Shown here piece after piece: positions 9,773 to 19,678 of a stretch of DNA of 64,000 bases (within the stretch, counting starts at the first letter, position 1; every line of letters starts with the position of its first letter). Made by a program: the position numbers and the translations under genes. The stretch is from Thiomicrorhabdus sp. GTDB taxonomy: Bacteria; Pseudomonadota; Gammaproteobacteria; Thiomicrospirales; Thiomicrospiraceae. The stretch is taken from NCBI GenBank assembly GCA_015487015.1, contig WFQP01000006.1, positions 2,184 to 66,183 on the forward strand, read 5' to 3'. A model generated the notes under the pieces. That model worked only from the letters and a program-made list of their open reading frames with translations. It searched no databases and was not told the origin of the DNA.

Positions 9773-10543
9773 ATGAAATTTAAAATAATATTATTAATAT
9801 TAATAACTGTTTTTTTTACATCTATAACATCTGCTTTTTCAAATGAAATTAATTATGTAGAAATAGATCAAAATCAAATAGTAGAACCCATAAAAAGTGA
9901 AGACCCTTACGAATCATTTAATCGCACCATGTTTGATTTTAATATGTCATTTAATGATTCTATTGGAAAACCAGTGGTAGATACTTATGAATTTATTTTT
10001 CCAAAACCGATTAAAACAGGGTTTAATAATTTTTTTAGTAATCTTGGAGATCCGCTTTCCAGCTTAAATAGTTTTTTACAAGGAAATGTAGAGGATGGAC
10101 TGTCTAGTTTTATGCGTTTTGCCATAAATAGTACATTTGGATTATTTGGGTTGTTAGATATTGCGACCCCAGCAGGACTGGAAAAAATAAATGAAGATTT
10201 TGGTCAAACGCTTTATACATGGGGTGTTTGGAAAGAAGCTAATTATGTTGTGTTGCCTTTTTTAGGCCCTTATACCACACGAGGTTTGGCTGGTTCTTCA
10301 ATAGATGGTTATCTTAATCCTCTTTATCCAAATATCATTAATGCAGACAGTGAAGAACGTGTTCTGCTCTATTTAAGTGGCCAATTTGTTTCTTACGTTA
10401 AAGTTATGAAAATTATTGATGATTTACATAATCAGCCTGATCCATATATTTTTGCTAGAGAAAGTTATTTGCAATATAGAGTCAATTTACTTTATAACGG
10501 TCATCCACCTGAAGTGGATTTAGATGATTTTGATTTTGAATGA
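9773..10543 (+). CDS. mlaA: MlaA/VacJ family outer-membrane lipid asymmetry protein
   Basis: DPYESFNR, RFAINSTFGLFGLLDIA, EDFGQTL, YVVLPFLGP, DPY..RESYLQ.R. Confidence 0.9.
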   Translation: MKFKIILLILITVFFTSITSAFSNEINYVEIDQNQIVEPIKSEDPYESFNRTMFDFNMSFNDSIGKPVVDTYEFIFPKPIKTGFNNFFSNLGDPLSSLNSFLQGNVEDGLSSFMRFAINSTFGLFGLLDIATPAGLEKINEDFGQTLYTWGVWKEANYVVLPFLGPYTTRGLAGSSIDGYLNPLYPNIINADSEERVLLYLSGQFVSYVKVMKIIDDLHNQPDPYIFARESYLQYRVNLLYNGHPPEVDLDDFDFE

Positions 10544-10566
10544 TCTAAAATATCAAATAAATATAG

Positions 10567-11031
10567 TCAACCAATATAAATAGCCGTTTTATCCACCACT
10601 TTTCGTAATACAAAACTGGTGTGTACACCGCTAACACCTTTAATTTGGGTAATATGGTTTAGCAATAAATCTTGATACGCTTCCAAATCTTTTACGACTA
10701 TCTTAAGTTGGTAATCGGCACTTTGGCCAGTAAGCAATAAACACTCTAAAACGTTGGGTAAAGCCTGTACAGCCTGTTCAAATTGATTAAACCGTTCTTT
10801 GGTATGTTTATCCATTGAAATATGGATGAGCGCCATCAAATCCAATCCTAATGCTTTGGCATCTAAAACGGTTCGATAGCCTGTAATGATTCCTGAAGAT
10901 TCTAATGCTTTAAACCGTCGTAAACAAGCGGAAGGGGAGAGCCCTATTTGATCGGCTAACTCTTGGTTGCTTAATCGACCATTGTCTTGCAAAGCATTTA
11001 AAATCGATTTATCAAACTTATCTAGCTTCAT
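10567..11031 (-). CDS. Lrp/AsnC family transcriptional regulator
   Basis: LDKFDKSIL..LQDNGRLSNQELA..IGLSPSACLRR HTH plus RAM domain; divergent from leuA. Confidence 0.93.
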   Translation of the reverse strand: MKLDKFDKSILNALQDNGRLSNQELADQIGLSPSACLRRFKALESSGIITGYRTVLDAKALGLDLMALIHISMDKHTKERFNQFEQAVQALPNVLECLLLTGQSADYQLKIVVKDLEAYQDLLLNHITQIKGVSGVHTSFVLRKVVDKTAIYIG

Positions 11032-11190
11032 AAAGCACCTTATTAGAATTTAATTTTGTTATTTTAATATTTATTGAAATAATATTGTTTATATTAAGTC
11101 TTAATAGCAATTATTTGCAATAAAAAATCACAGTATTTAACCTAAAATAGTTCTTGAAATTGATGAAACCCTAATACTTGAAGAGTAATT

Positions 11191-12840
11191 ATGAATCCTT
11201 CTAAATATAAACGAATGGCCACCCCTGATTTACCCAATCGTCAGTGGCCTAATCAACACCATACAAAAGCCCCTATCTGGGTAAGTGTGGATTTGCGTGA
11301 TGGCAACCAAGCCTTAGCGACTCCCATGAGCGTAGACCAAAAGTTAGCACTCTGGCAAGAGTTGATTCAAATTGGGTTTAAAACTATTGAGATAGGGTTC
11401 CCTTCTGCCAGCCAATTGGAATTTGATTTTACACGTCGTTTAATAGAAGAGAACCTCATTCCTGATGATGTGACCATTCAAGTACTGGTGCAGGCTAGAG
11501 AACACTTAATTGAACGAACCTATGAAGCCCTTAAAGGGGTTAAAAAAGCGGTGGTGCATGTGTATAACACCACCTCCAAATTGCAGCGTGATTATGTGTT
11601 TGAAAAGAGTCAAGATGAAATTAAAGCCATGGCGGTTCAAGGGGCACAATGGGTAAAAGAGTATGCCGTTAAAGCTTCAGAAAGTAATCCTGAATCACAA
11701 TGGATTTTTCAATACTCTCCAGAAAGCTTTTCACAAACAGAAACCGATTATGCGGTAGAAGTGTGTCAAGCAGTGATGGATGTTTGGCAACCTACAGCAG
11801 ATAATAAATGTATTTTAAATTTACCGTCTACGGTGGAAAGTACCTCACCCAATCGATTTGCCGATCAAGTGGAATACTTTATTACGCACTTAAAAAATAG
11901 AGAATCGGTTTTAATTTCAATTCACACCCATAATGATCGTGGTTGTGCTGTTGCCGCAGCCGAATTAGCGTTATTAGCAGGGGCAGATCGTATTGAAGGA
12001 ACTTTGTTAGGCAATGGTGAGCGTACTGGAAATATGGACATTGTGACTTTGGCCATGAACTTATTCAGTGAAGGCATTGATCCAGAATTAGATTTTTCTA
12101 AACCACATCAATGGATTTCTGTGGTCGAGGAGGTAACTAAAATTGAAACACATCCTCGTCATCCGTGGGTAGGAGAGGTGGTATATACCGCTTATTCAGG
12201 CAGTCATCAAGATGCTATTCGTAAATGTTTATTAAAACAACAACCAAATGATTATTGGAATGTGGCGTATTTGCCGATTGATCCTAAAGATATTGGACGA
12301 GATTACGAAGCGATTATTCGAGTAAATAGTCAGTCAGGTAAAGCCGGTTCTAGTTTTGTTTTGGCACAAGAGTACGGTCTGAATTTACCTAAATGGATCC
12401 AGTTAGATTTTGCCCCCGTTGCACAAAAATTAGCTGAATCTCATGGTGGTGTATTAAGTCATAAAGCACTTTATAACGCCTTTATTAAGCATTATCGTTG
12501 TGATCAAACAGAGTTCTCTTTAAACCATTATCAGCTAGATAAACAGGGGGGGGAAGAAATTTTATCACTTGAAATAAATGGTGAAACTTGGCAAGGAAAG
12601 GGTAATGGAACGCTCAGTGCTTTATGTGATGCATGGCAAAAACGTACGGGTAAATCGGTAGATGTTATTGATTATGCCGAACATGCGATACACAATGAGA
12701 TGGTAACAGTTGAAGGCAAAAATGCACAGGCGATGGCCTATGTGTATTTACAACAAGATAACAAGCGTTCAGTAGGGGTTGCATTGGCCAAAGATTCAGT
12801 GAGTGCAATGTTGTTGGCAGTATTAAACGCATTACATTAA
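11191..12840 (+). CDS. leuA: 2-isopropylmalate synthase (LeuA, yeast/actinobacterial-type clade)
   Basis: [41 protein letters not shown]. Confidence 0.93.
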   Translation: MNPSKYKRMATPDLPNRQWPNQHHTKAPIWVSVDLRDGNQALATPMSVDQKLALWQELIQIGFKTIEIGFPSASQLEFDFTRRLIEENLIPDDVTIQVLVQAREHLIERTYEALKGVKKAVVHVYNTTSKLQRDYVFEKSQDEIKAMAVQGAQWVKEYAVKASESNPESQWIFQYSPESFSQTETDYAVEVCQAVMDVWQPTADNKCILNLPSTVESTSPNRFADQVEYFITHLKNRESVLISIHTHNDRGCAVAAAELALLAGADRIEGTLLGNGERTGNMDIVTLAMNLFSEGIDPELDFSKPHQWISVVEEVTKIETHPRHPWVGEVVYTAYSGSHQDAIRKCLLKQQPNDYWNVAYLPIDPKDIGRDYEAIIRVNSQSGKAGSSFVLAQEYGLNLPKWIQLDFAPVAQKLAESHGGVLSHKALYNAFIKHYRCDQTEFSLNHYQLDKQGGEEILSLEINGETWQGKGNGTLSALCDAWQKRTGKSVDVIDYAEHAIHNEMVTVEGKNAQAMAYVYLQQDNKRSVGVALAKDSVSAMLLAVLNALH

Positions 12841-12862
12841 TCTGTTGTGAATACATACGATA

Positions 12863-12878
12863 TGTTTCACGTGAAATA
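12863..12878. other. parS site (1 mismatch)
   Basis: TGTTTCACGTGAAATA vs consensus TGTTTCACGTGAAACA. Confidence 0.8.
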
Positions 12879-12880
12879 AA

Positions 12881-12906
12881 AAAAGCCTGTTTTTTTACAG
12901 GCTTTT
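12881..12906. terminator. Bidirectional intrinsic terminator between leuA and rhodanese
   Basis: aaaagcctgt-tttttt-acaggctttt between convergent genes. Confidence 0.8.
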
Positions 12907-12936
12907 AAATTAAAGAGGGGGGGGATTTAATAAAGG

Positions 12937-13527
12937 TTATTTTACAAAGTAAGCATTTGCTTCTGTAATGTCATACGTCCAAGACTCTCCAGAGTTTTTC
13001 CAACCATTTTCAAGTCTAAAGCCTTTCTTATCACCTTTTTTGGTCTTTTTACCTTCAAAACCATCCACCATAATATAGACATTTTCATAACCGTATTGAT
13101 CCAGCATTTTAGCGGCAGGTTGAGAACGTGAAGAACCAGAACGACACATAATGATGTAAGTGCTGTCTTCATCAGCGTCTAAATCAGCGGCTTTATCTTC
13201 CAGTTCAGAGATAAAATTAGAGTTTGGAACAGGTTGATAACGTGGTTTTTTAGTATCTAATTTGCTGTAATTAAATGTAACGGAAGGAATCATAATTTGT
13301 GCCACACCAGTGTGCCCCACAAACTGCCACTCTTCAGGGGTACGAACGTCCACTAAAATGACACTGGGATCTTTTTTCATCATCTCAGCGGCTTCTTTTG
13401 CCGTGACATATAAGCCCTGTGGAGTTTGATGTTTTGGGTTTTCAGGAACAGGTGCTGCCATTGTTGAGGAAGCAAAAAATAGCCCTGCTGCAAACGCAAG
13501 AGAGGTTACGTGTACTGTTTTTTTCAT
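12937..13527 (-). CDS. Exported rhodanese-like sulfurtransferase
   Basis: Signal peptide, DVRTPEEW, CRSGSSRS active-site loop, DGFEG..GWK; ATG at 13527 has a GGAGA RBS. Confidence 0.88.
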   Translation of the reverse strand: MKKTVHVTSLAFAAGLFFASSTMAAPVPENPKHQTPQGLYVTAKEAAEMMKKDPSVILVDVRTPEEWQFVGHTGVAQIMIPSVTFNYSKLDTKKPRYQPVPNSNFISELEDKAADLDADEDSTYIIMCRSGSSRSQPAAKMLDQYGYENVYIMVDGFEGKKTKKGDKKGFRLENGWKNSGESWTYDITEANAYFVK

Positions 13528-13723
13528 AAAATTCTCCACATTGATCATAATGAATAGTATTAAATATATTAATATAAATTAATATGTTTAAGCAAATAGA
13601 TTTACACAGAAGGGGGGTAAAAAAAATTAATGATGATAAGTAGATCGAGTATTATTAATAAGGTATGTATTGATAATTATTATTAAAGGACTTGTTTAGA
13701 GGTTCCTTAAATAGGTAGGTTTA

Positions 13724-15571
13724 ATGCCACGATTTAATCGAAATAAAAGGGATTGTTTTTATATCAATAGTCGAATAAATAGGATGATTTTATTTGGTAT
13801 TTGCTTATCATTTTTTTTGATTTCAATTTTTTCCCCCCCTTTTGTTTATGCACAAATAAATACTAAAGAAACACTGGATTGGTTCACCATGTTTATGTGG
13901 TTATCTGGTGGTTTGGCGTTGTTTTTATTTGGCATGGAACAGATGATTAAAGGATTGCTAGTCATTGCTGGCGATCAAATGAAAAATATTTTAGCGCGTC
14001 TCACTCAAAATAGAGTGATGGGTGCTGTAACCGGTGCGGCTGTGACAGCGGTGATTCAATCCTCTTCCGTTACAACGGTCTTAACGGTTGGGTTTGTTTC
14101 TGCTGGGTTAATGAGTGTTACACAAGCCGCAGGGGTTATTATGGGTGCCAATTTGGGTACTACCATAACCGCTCAAATAGTGGCTTTTAAGGTTACTAAT
14201 TATGCTTTATTGGCTGTGGCATTGGGATTTGTATTGCAATTTTTATCTCAAAAACATAAAAACATTGCCATTGGTCAGTTAATTATGGGGTTGGGTTTGC
14301 TGTTTTTTGGTATGAATGTAATGAGCGAAGGTATGGCTCCTTTACGAGATTATCAACCTTTTTTAGATCTGATGATGGAGATGCAAAATCCTTTTTTAGG
14401 CATTTTAGTGGCATTTATTTTTACCGCTTTAGTGCAATCTTCTTCGGCGACCATCGGTATTATTATTGTCATGGCGAGTAATGGATTTTTAACACTTCCA
14501 GCAGGTATAGCTTTGTTAATGGGAGCTAATTTAGGAACAACGGTTACTGCATTATTATCGGCTATTGGTAAGTCCAGAGAAGCATTAAGAACCGCATTGG
14601 TTCACTCTTTGTTTAGTATTTTAGGGATTTTAATTTGGCTGCCATTTATTCCTATTTTAGTAGATTTGGCTACTTTTATTTCAGCTAACGAGATCATTCA
14701 CAATGGTTTAGATAGAGTGGTTTTGGCAGAACAAACGCCGCGAGAAATTGCCAATGCTAACACCATTTTTAATTTAGTAAGTTTAATTATTTTTTTACCA
14801 CTAATTCCTGTTTTTATTTGGGTAGTCAACAAGTTGGTTCCGGTTTTAGAAGAGGAAAAAACCACCACTACATTTAAAGCCGAGTTTTTAGATGAAACTT
14901 TTATTGCTACACCCTCTATGGCTTTGCAAGCAGTAATGCTTGAAATAGAGCACTACCAAAAAGTATACGGTCTGTTCTATAAACGCACCATTGCATTAAT
15001 TGTGGAACCCAATACAAAAAAGTTGTCACGAGAAATTTTGAATATTGAAAAGTTCAGGGTGTATCAAGCGGAAATTTTGACTTATTTAGGACGAAGTAGC
15101 CAAGTAGAGTTGTCTGTTTCAGAGCAAAATCAACACCTTAAATTGATTACGGTTTTGCACAATTTAGAATCTATGCTTGATATTGTTCAAAGTAATATTT
15201 TTAATGTACTGCATCAGATGATTCATAATGACATTAAACCGAGTGAGACAATGCTTAATTTAGTGGGAAAATTGACCAATGAAGTTGGTCATGCCATTGA
15301 AAATGCATTAACCAGTGTTTGTAAATCTGATTACGAAGCAGCGATGTCGGTGATTGCAATGAGCCCAACCATTGAGTTATTAATTCAAGATGCATTGAGT
15401 CATCAATTTAAGCGTTTTCAAACCACCGAAAAACGCTTAAAAACATTTCGATATGAAATGCAGTTAGTGGAAGGATTTAAACAGATGTATTCATTGGCTC
15501 AACGTATCGCGTATTTGCAAGAAGAGCCAGTTGAAAAATCCGAAGTGCCTAAAAGCCCTAAAGTGGATTAA
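13724..15571 (+). CDS. Na+/Pi cotransporter family protein (NptA/YjbB-like) with PhoU-like C-terminus
   Basis: Duplicated QSSS and GANLGTT motifs; exact start uncertain. Confidence 0.9.
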   Translation: MPRFNRNKRDCFYINSRINRMILFGICLSFFLISIFSPPFVYAQINTKETLDWFTMFMWLSGGLALFLFGMEQMIKGLLVIAGDQMKNILARLTQNRVMGAVTGAAVTAVIQSSSVTTVLTVGFVSAGLMSVTQAAGVIMGANLGTTITAQIVAFKVTNYALLAVALGFVLQFLSQKHKNIAIGQLIMGLGLLFFGMNVMSEGMAPLRDYQPFLDLMMEMQNPFLGILVAFIFTALVQSSSATIGIIIVMASNGFLTLPAGIALLMGANLGTTVTALLSAIGKSREALRTALVHSLFSILGILIWLPFIPILVDLATFISANEIIHNGLDRVVLAEQTPREIANANTIFNLVSLIIFLPLIPVFIWVVNKLVPVLEEEKTTTTFKAEFLDETFIATPSMALQAVMLEIEHYQKVYGLFYKRTIALIVEPNTKKLSREILNIEKFRVYQAEILTYLGRSSQVELSVSEQNQHLKLITVLHNLESMLDIVQSNIFNVLHQMIHNDIKPSETMLNLVGKLTNEVGHAIENALTSVCKSDYEAAMSVIAMSPTIELLIQDALSHQFKRFQTTEKRLKTFRYEMQLVEGFKQMYSLAQRIAYLQEEPVEKSEVPKSPKVD

Positions 15572-15705
15572 TTTAAAAATTACGTAAAAAAACGAAAAAT
15601 TTTGAATCCCATAAACCTACCTATATTGTGTTTTTAGACCTAAAGGGATGCAAAGGGTTGGGTTTTAGTGAAAAGCGTCTCATAGAGGCTGTATTTAAGT
15701 ATTTT

Positions 15706-16125
15706 TTAAATACCTTGGATGGTTATCACGATTTTCCGATCAAAAGTTCCTATTCGGTGTTCATATAAAAATACACTTTGCCAAGTGCCTAAATTAAGTT
15801 GTCCATGGGTGACAGGAATAGTTTGGCTCGTATCGGTAAGAATGCAGCGAAGGTGACCACTCATGTCATCGTCTCCTTCATAACAGTGTTGGTAATTTGA
15901 ATCACCATCTGTAACATGTTTTTGCATCCAATACTCAATGTCATCACGTACAGTAGGGTCTGCATTTTCGGTAATAATAAGAGATGCAGAGGTATGCTGA
16001 ATAAAAAGGTGACACAGCCCTGATTGAATCTTTGATTGAGTGATGGCTTCGTTTATACGTTGAGTAATATTGTAAGTACCTCGACCAGGGTTTTTGAGTA
16101 CGATTTCTGTTTGAAAATGGTGCAT
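15706..16125 (-). CDS. YjbQ/UPF0047 family protein
   Basis: HTSASLIITENADP, H..EG.DDM..H, LGTWQ.VFLYEH; ATG at 16125 has a GGAG RBS. Confidence 0.9.
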   Translation of the reverse strand: MHHFQTEIVLKNPGRGTYNITQRINEAITQSKIQSGLCHLFIQHTSASLIITENADPTVRDDIEYWMQKHVTDGDSNYQHCYEGDDDMSGHLRCILTDTSQTIPVTHGQLNLGTWQSVFLYEHRIGTFDRKIVITIQGI

Positions 16126-16192
16126 AAGCACTCCTAAGATTCTTTTATAAAGGCTGATTACGTTATAATTAATTAATTTTATAATTAAGTTT

Positions 16193-18250
16193 ATGGCGAC
16201 TATGATATCAACAGACAACCCTTTATTAAACCTTTCTGATTTACCTCAATTTGAACTGTTTCACGTGGAACATATTGAACCCGCCGTGGATCAATTATTG
16301 TTAGAGTGCCGTGCTGAAATAAACCGTTTAACTTCCATGAAAGAAGCGCCTACATGGCAAAACTTTATTGAACCTTTAGAGGTTATTGATAATCGATTTG
16401 AGCGTGTTTGGGGACCTATTGGGCACTTAGATGGTGTTAAAAATAGCGATGAATGGCATGAGGCCTATGTAAAATGTTTGGATAAAGTGACTGCTTATCA
16501 TACCGAACGCGGCCAAAATTCTGCACTGTATACCAAATTTAAAGTGCTTTCGGAGTCAGCAGAGTGTGAGCATTATAATATTGCTCAAAAAAAGGTCATT
16601 GAACAGGCTCTACGTAGCTTCCAATTAAGTGGCATTGCATTGCCTAAAGAGAAACAAATTGAATTTCAAACCATCTCGCAACAGTTATCCAAATTAAACA
16701 GCCAGTTTAGTAATTATGTTTTAAAGTCTACCCAAGCGTGGTTTAAGCATATTATTGATGAAACTCAATTAGCAGGATTACCTGAATCGGCGATGGGTAC
16801 TTTACAGCAGTTGGCGCAACAAAAAGGGCTAGAAGGTTGGTGTGTGACGCTCGATTTTCCCTCTTATTTAGCTGTTATGACCTATGCCGATAATCGTTTA
16901 TTAAGAGAAGAGGTGTACCGCGCTTTTATCACTCGTGCGTCAGATCAGGCAGATAATACCGAGTTTGATAATAGTGAACATATGGCATTGATTCGTTCAC
17001 TGCGTCATCAAAAAGCAAAATTACTAGGATTTGAACAGTATTCAGAATACTCATTGGCAACTAAAATGGCTGAAAGTACACAACAAGTGTTAGGTTTTTT
17101 ACGAGATTTAGCGACTAAATCAAAACCTCAAGCTGAGCAAGAGTTGGATTCTTTAAAAGATTTTGCGCTCAAAGCGTTCTCAATGACTGATGTTCAAGCT
17201 TGGGATGTTACCTATCTTTCTGAAAAGTTGAAAGATCAAACGTTATCGCTTTCCCAGGAAAAGTTGCGGGTATATTTTCCAGTTGAATCAGCTTTAAACG
17301 GATTATTTACCATTACTCAACGTCTGTTTGGCGTGACTATTCAAGCCAAAGAGGGCGTGTCTACTTGGCATTCTGATGTACATTTTTATGAATTGATCAA
17401 TGAAAATAAAGAGGTGATTGGACAATTTTATTTAGACCTGTACGCACGTGAAAACAAACGGGGCGGGGCTTGGATGGATACCGTGGTCACTCGTTGGAAA
17501 TCCCCTGATGGCCATGTACAAACACCCGTCGCTTACTTGGTTTGTAATTTTACTCCCCCTGTTGAGGGTAAACCGACTTGCTTAACACATAATGAACTGA
17601 CTACTTTATTTCATGAGTTTGGTCATGGTATTCATCACTTAATGACGGAAATGCAGTATTTGGATATTTCGGGAATCAGTGGTGTACCTTGGGATGCGGT
17701 GGAACTTCCTTCACAGTTTATGGAAAATTTTTGTTGGGAGCGTGAAAGTTTGGACTTAATTGCTTCGCATGTGGAAACGGGTGAGACTTTACCCGACTCT
17801 CTGTTCGAATCATTAAAAGCTAGCCGAGGATTTTTATCGGCCATGATGATGTTACGTCAGATTGAATTTGCACTGTCAGATTTTGAAATGCACGCATTTT
17901 ATGATGAACAAAATGTAGAGCCTATTGATCAACTATTAGCTCGTATTCGTAATGAAGTGGCTGTGATTCAACCCCCAGAATACAGTCGTAGCATGCATAG
18001 TTTTAGCCATATTTTTGCAGGAGGATATGCTGCTGGATACTTCAGTTATAAGTGGGCTGAAGTATTATCGGCTGATGCGTTTAGTCTGTTTGAAGAGACC
18101 GGTATTTTAAATGCAGACACGGGGGCTAAATTTAAAAATACTATTTTAGCCGCGGGTGGCTCGGTGGATCCAATGGTGTTGTTTAAAGCTTTTAGAGGTA
18201 GAGAGCCTAATATTGATTCTCTGTTAAAACACTGTGGTATTGCTGTTTAA
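16193..18250 (+). CDS. prlC: Oligopeptidase A (M3 metallopeptidase)
   Basis: HEFGH zinc motif, WDAVELPSQFMEN, FSHIFAGGYAAGYFSYKWAEVL. Confidence 0.95.
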   Translation: MATMISTDNPLLNLSDLPQFELFHVEHIEPAVDQLLLECRAEINRLTSMKEAPTWQNFIEPLEVIDNRFERVWGPIGHLDGVKNSDEWHEAYVKCLDKVTAYHTERGQNSALYTKFKVLSESAECEHYNIAQKKVIEQALRSFQLSGIALPKEKQIEFQTISQQLSKLNSQFSNYVLKSTQAWFKHIIDETQLAGLPESAMGTLQQLAQQKGLEGWCVTLDFPSYLAVMTYADNRLLREEVYRAFITRASDQADNTEFDNSEHMALIRSLRHQKAKLLGFEQYSEYSLATKMAESTQQVLGFLRDLATKSKPQAEQELDSLKDFALKAFSMTDVQAWDVTYLSEKLKDQTLSLSQEKLRVYFPVESALNGLFTITQRLFGVTIQAKEGVSTWHSDVHFYELINENKEVIGQFYLDLYARENKRGGAWMDTVVTRWKSPDGHVQTPVAYLVCNFTPPVEGKPTCLTHNELTTLFHEFGHGIHHLMTEMQYLDISGISGVPWDAVELPSQFMENFCWERESLDLIASHVETGETLPDSLFESLKASRGFLSAMMMLRQIEFALSDFEMHAFYDEQNVEPIDQLLARIRNEVAVIQPPEYSRSMHSFSHIFAGGYAAGYFSYKWAEVLSADAFSLFEETGILNADTGAKFKNTILAAGGSVDPMVLFKAFRGREPNIDSLLKHCGIAV
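16257..16272. other. parS site (within prlC)
   Basis: TGTTTCACGTGGAACA, the reverse complement of TGTTCCACGTGAAACA. Confidence 0.88.
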
Positions 18251-18278
18251 ATGATGAAAAAAAAAAGGGGGAGATTAA

Positions 18279-19586
18279 ATGTCTTTTTTACGACTCAACC
18301 CCTCCTTTTTTAGTCTCTTTATATGCCAGTTTTTAGGTGCATTTAACGATAATTTATATAAAAATGCGATGATTATGTTCATCACATTTAAATTGAGTCA
18401 AAATATTGAACAAACAGGTTTTCTGATTACTTTGGCAGCGGGCTTATTTATTTTACCCTTCTTTTTATTCTCCTCTTTGGCCGGTCAATTGGCCGATCGT
18501 TATCCAAAATCGATGTTAATTCAAAAAATAAAGCTGGTTGAAATACTGGTGATGCTTATAGGTGCGATGGCGTTAATCAGCCAACAAGTTGAACTGCTTT
18601 TTATGACTCTATTTTTAATGGGCACACAATCGGCTTTTTTTGGACCACTTAAGTACTCTGTTGTGCCTGAACTATTAAAGGATGAATCGCTTATGAAAGG
18701 GAATGCGTTATTAAGCAGCTCTACTTTTATTGCGATTTTACTGGGTTCGATTATAGGTGGTGTGGGTGTATTGATTGAAGGGGGTACTGAGATCATGGCA
18801 GCGGTGGTTGTGGTAGTTTCTATGTTGGGGTATCTGGCCAGCTTAGGTGTGAAGTCAACGGATGTGTATCAACCTAATTTGGTAATTGAAAAGAATATTT
18901 TAAAAAGCACTTGGCAAATGATTGAGGAGTGCCGAAATTATAAAAAGCCTTTTTTTGCATTGTTGGCTATCTCTTGGTTTTGGTTTTTAGGGGCGACTTT
19001 ATTAAGCCAAATACCTGCATGGGTTAAATACGATTTAAAAGCCGATGATTCGGTGGTGGTGACTTTTTTATCTTTGTTTTCAATTGGAATTGGGTTGGGT
19101 GCGTTCTGGGTAACGCGTTGGTTTAAGGGTCAAGTGCATTTAAAATGGCATGGGTTGTTTTTACTGGGCATCTCTTTGTGCTTCATTTTGATGGATTGGG
19201 TAGTGACAAATTATGTATCCTCTTTGAGTGTGTCTACGGAAACCTTAATGAATATAGACTCTTTTTTAGAAGTAGGTGCTTTAAACAGTTTATTGGTTTT
19301 ATTGTTGGTACTCGCCATACTGGGTGGAGCCTATATTGTGCCTTTGTATACGGTTTTGCAAACACAAACTCCAGAACCATTGCGTGCTAGAATGATGGCC
19401 GTTAATAATATATTGAATGCGCTTTTTATGGTGCTATCGTCGGTTTTAATTATGATCGGCTACGCGCACTCATTGAGTTTAATGGCTATGTTTTTAGGAG
19501 TGGCCATTGCAAATGGTTTGGTTGCATCTGTCTTTTATTTATATAGAGATCTTTGCACGAAAAGATGCATGGATAAAAAAGGCTAA
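18279..19586 (+). CDS. MFS lysophospholipid transporter LplT-like
   Basis: QFLGAFNDN, LFILPFFLFS..AGQLAD, SAFFGP.KY; directly upstream of aas. Confidence 0.85.
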   Translation: MSFLRLNPSFFSLFICQFLGAFNDNLYKNAMIMFITFKLSQNIEQTGFLITLAAGLFILPFFLFSSLAGQLADRYPKSMLIQKIKLVEILVMLIGAMALISQQVELLFMTLFLMGTQSAFFGPLKYSVVPELLKDESLMKGNALLSSSTFIAILLGSIIGGVGVLIEGGTEIMAAVVVVVSMLGYLASLGVKSTDVYQPNLVIEKNILKSTWQMIEECRNYKKPFFALLAISWFWFLGATLLSQIPAWVKYDLKADDSVVVTFLSLFSIGIGLGAFWVTRWFKGQVHLKWHGLFLLGISLCFILMDWVVTNYVSSLSVSTETLMNIDSFLEVGALNSLLVLLLVLAILGGAYIVPLYTVLQTQTPEPLRARMMAVNNILNALFMVLSSVLIMIGYAHSLSLMAMFLGVAIANGLVASVFYLYRDLCTKRCMDKKG

Positions 19587-19678
19587 AATATATCTGATTT
19601 TCTTTTGCGCCCCTCTCATGCAAAGGCCTTATATTAAAAAAATAAAAATTATATTCGTTAAAATTTATGTGGAGAACA

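Noticed and set aside
7780-10560. Very AT-rich stretch as a horizontally acquired island
   Set aside because: It contains core genes (oxyR, mlaA) and the origin-like element, with no integrase, tRNA or flanking direct repeats
11032-11190. Leucine attenuator leader upstream of leuA
   Set aside because: No Leu-rich leader peptide or terminator hairpin seen; the AT-rich gap fits control by the divergent Lrp-family regulator
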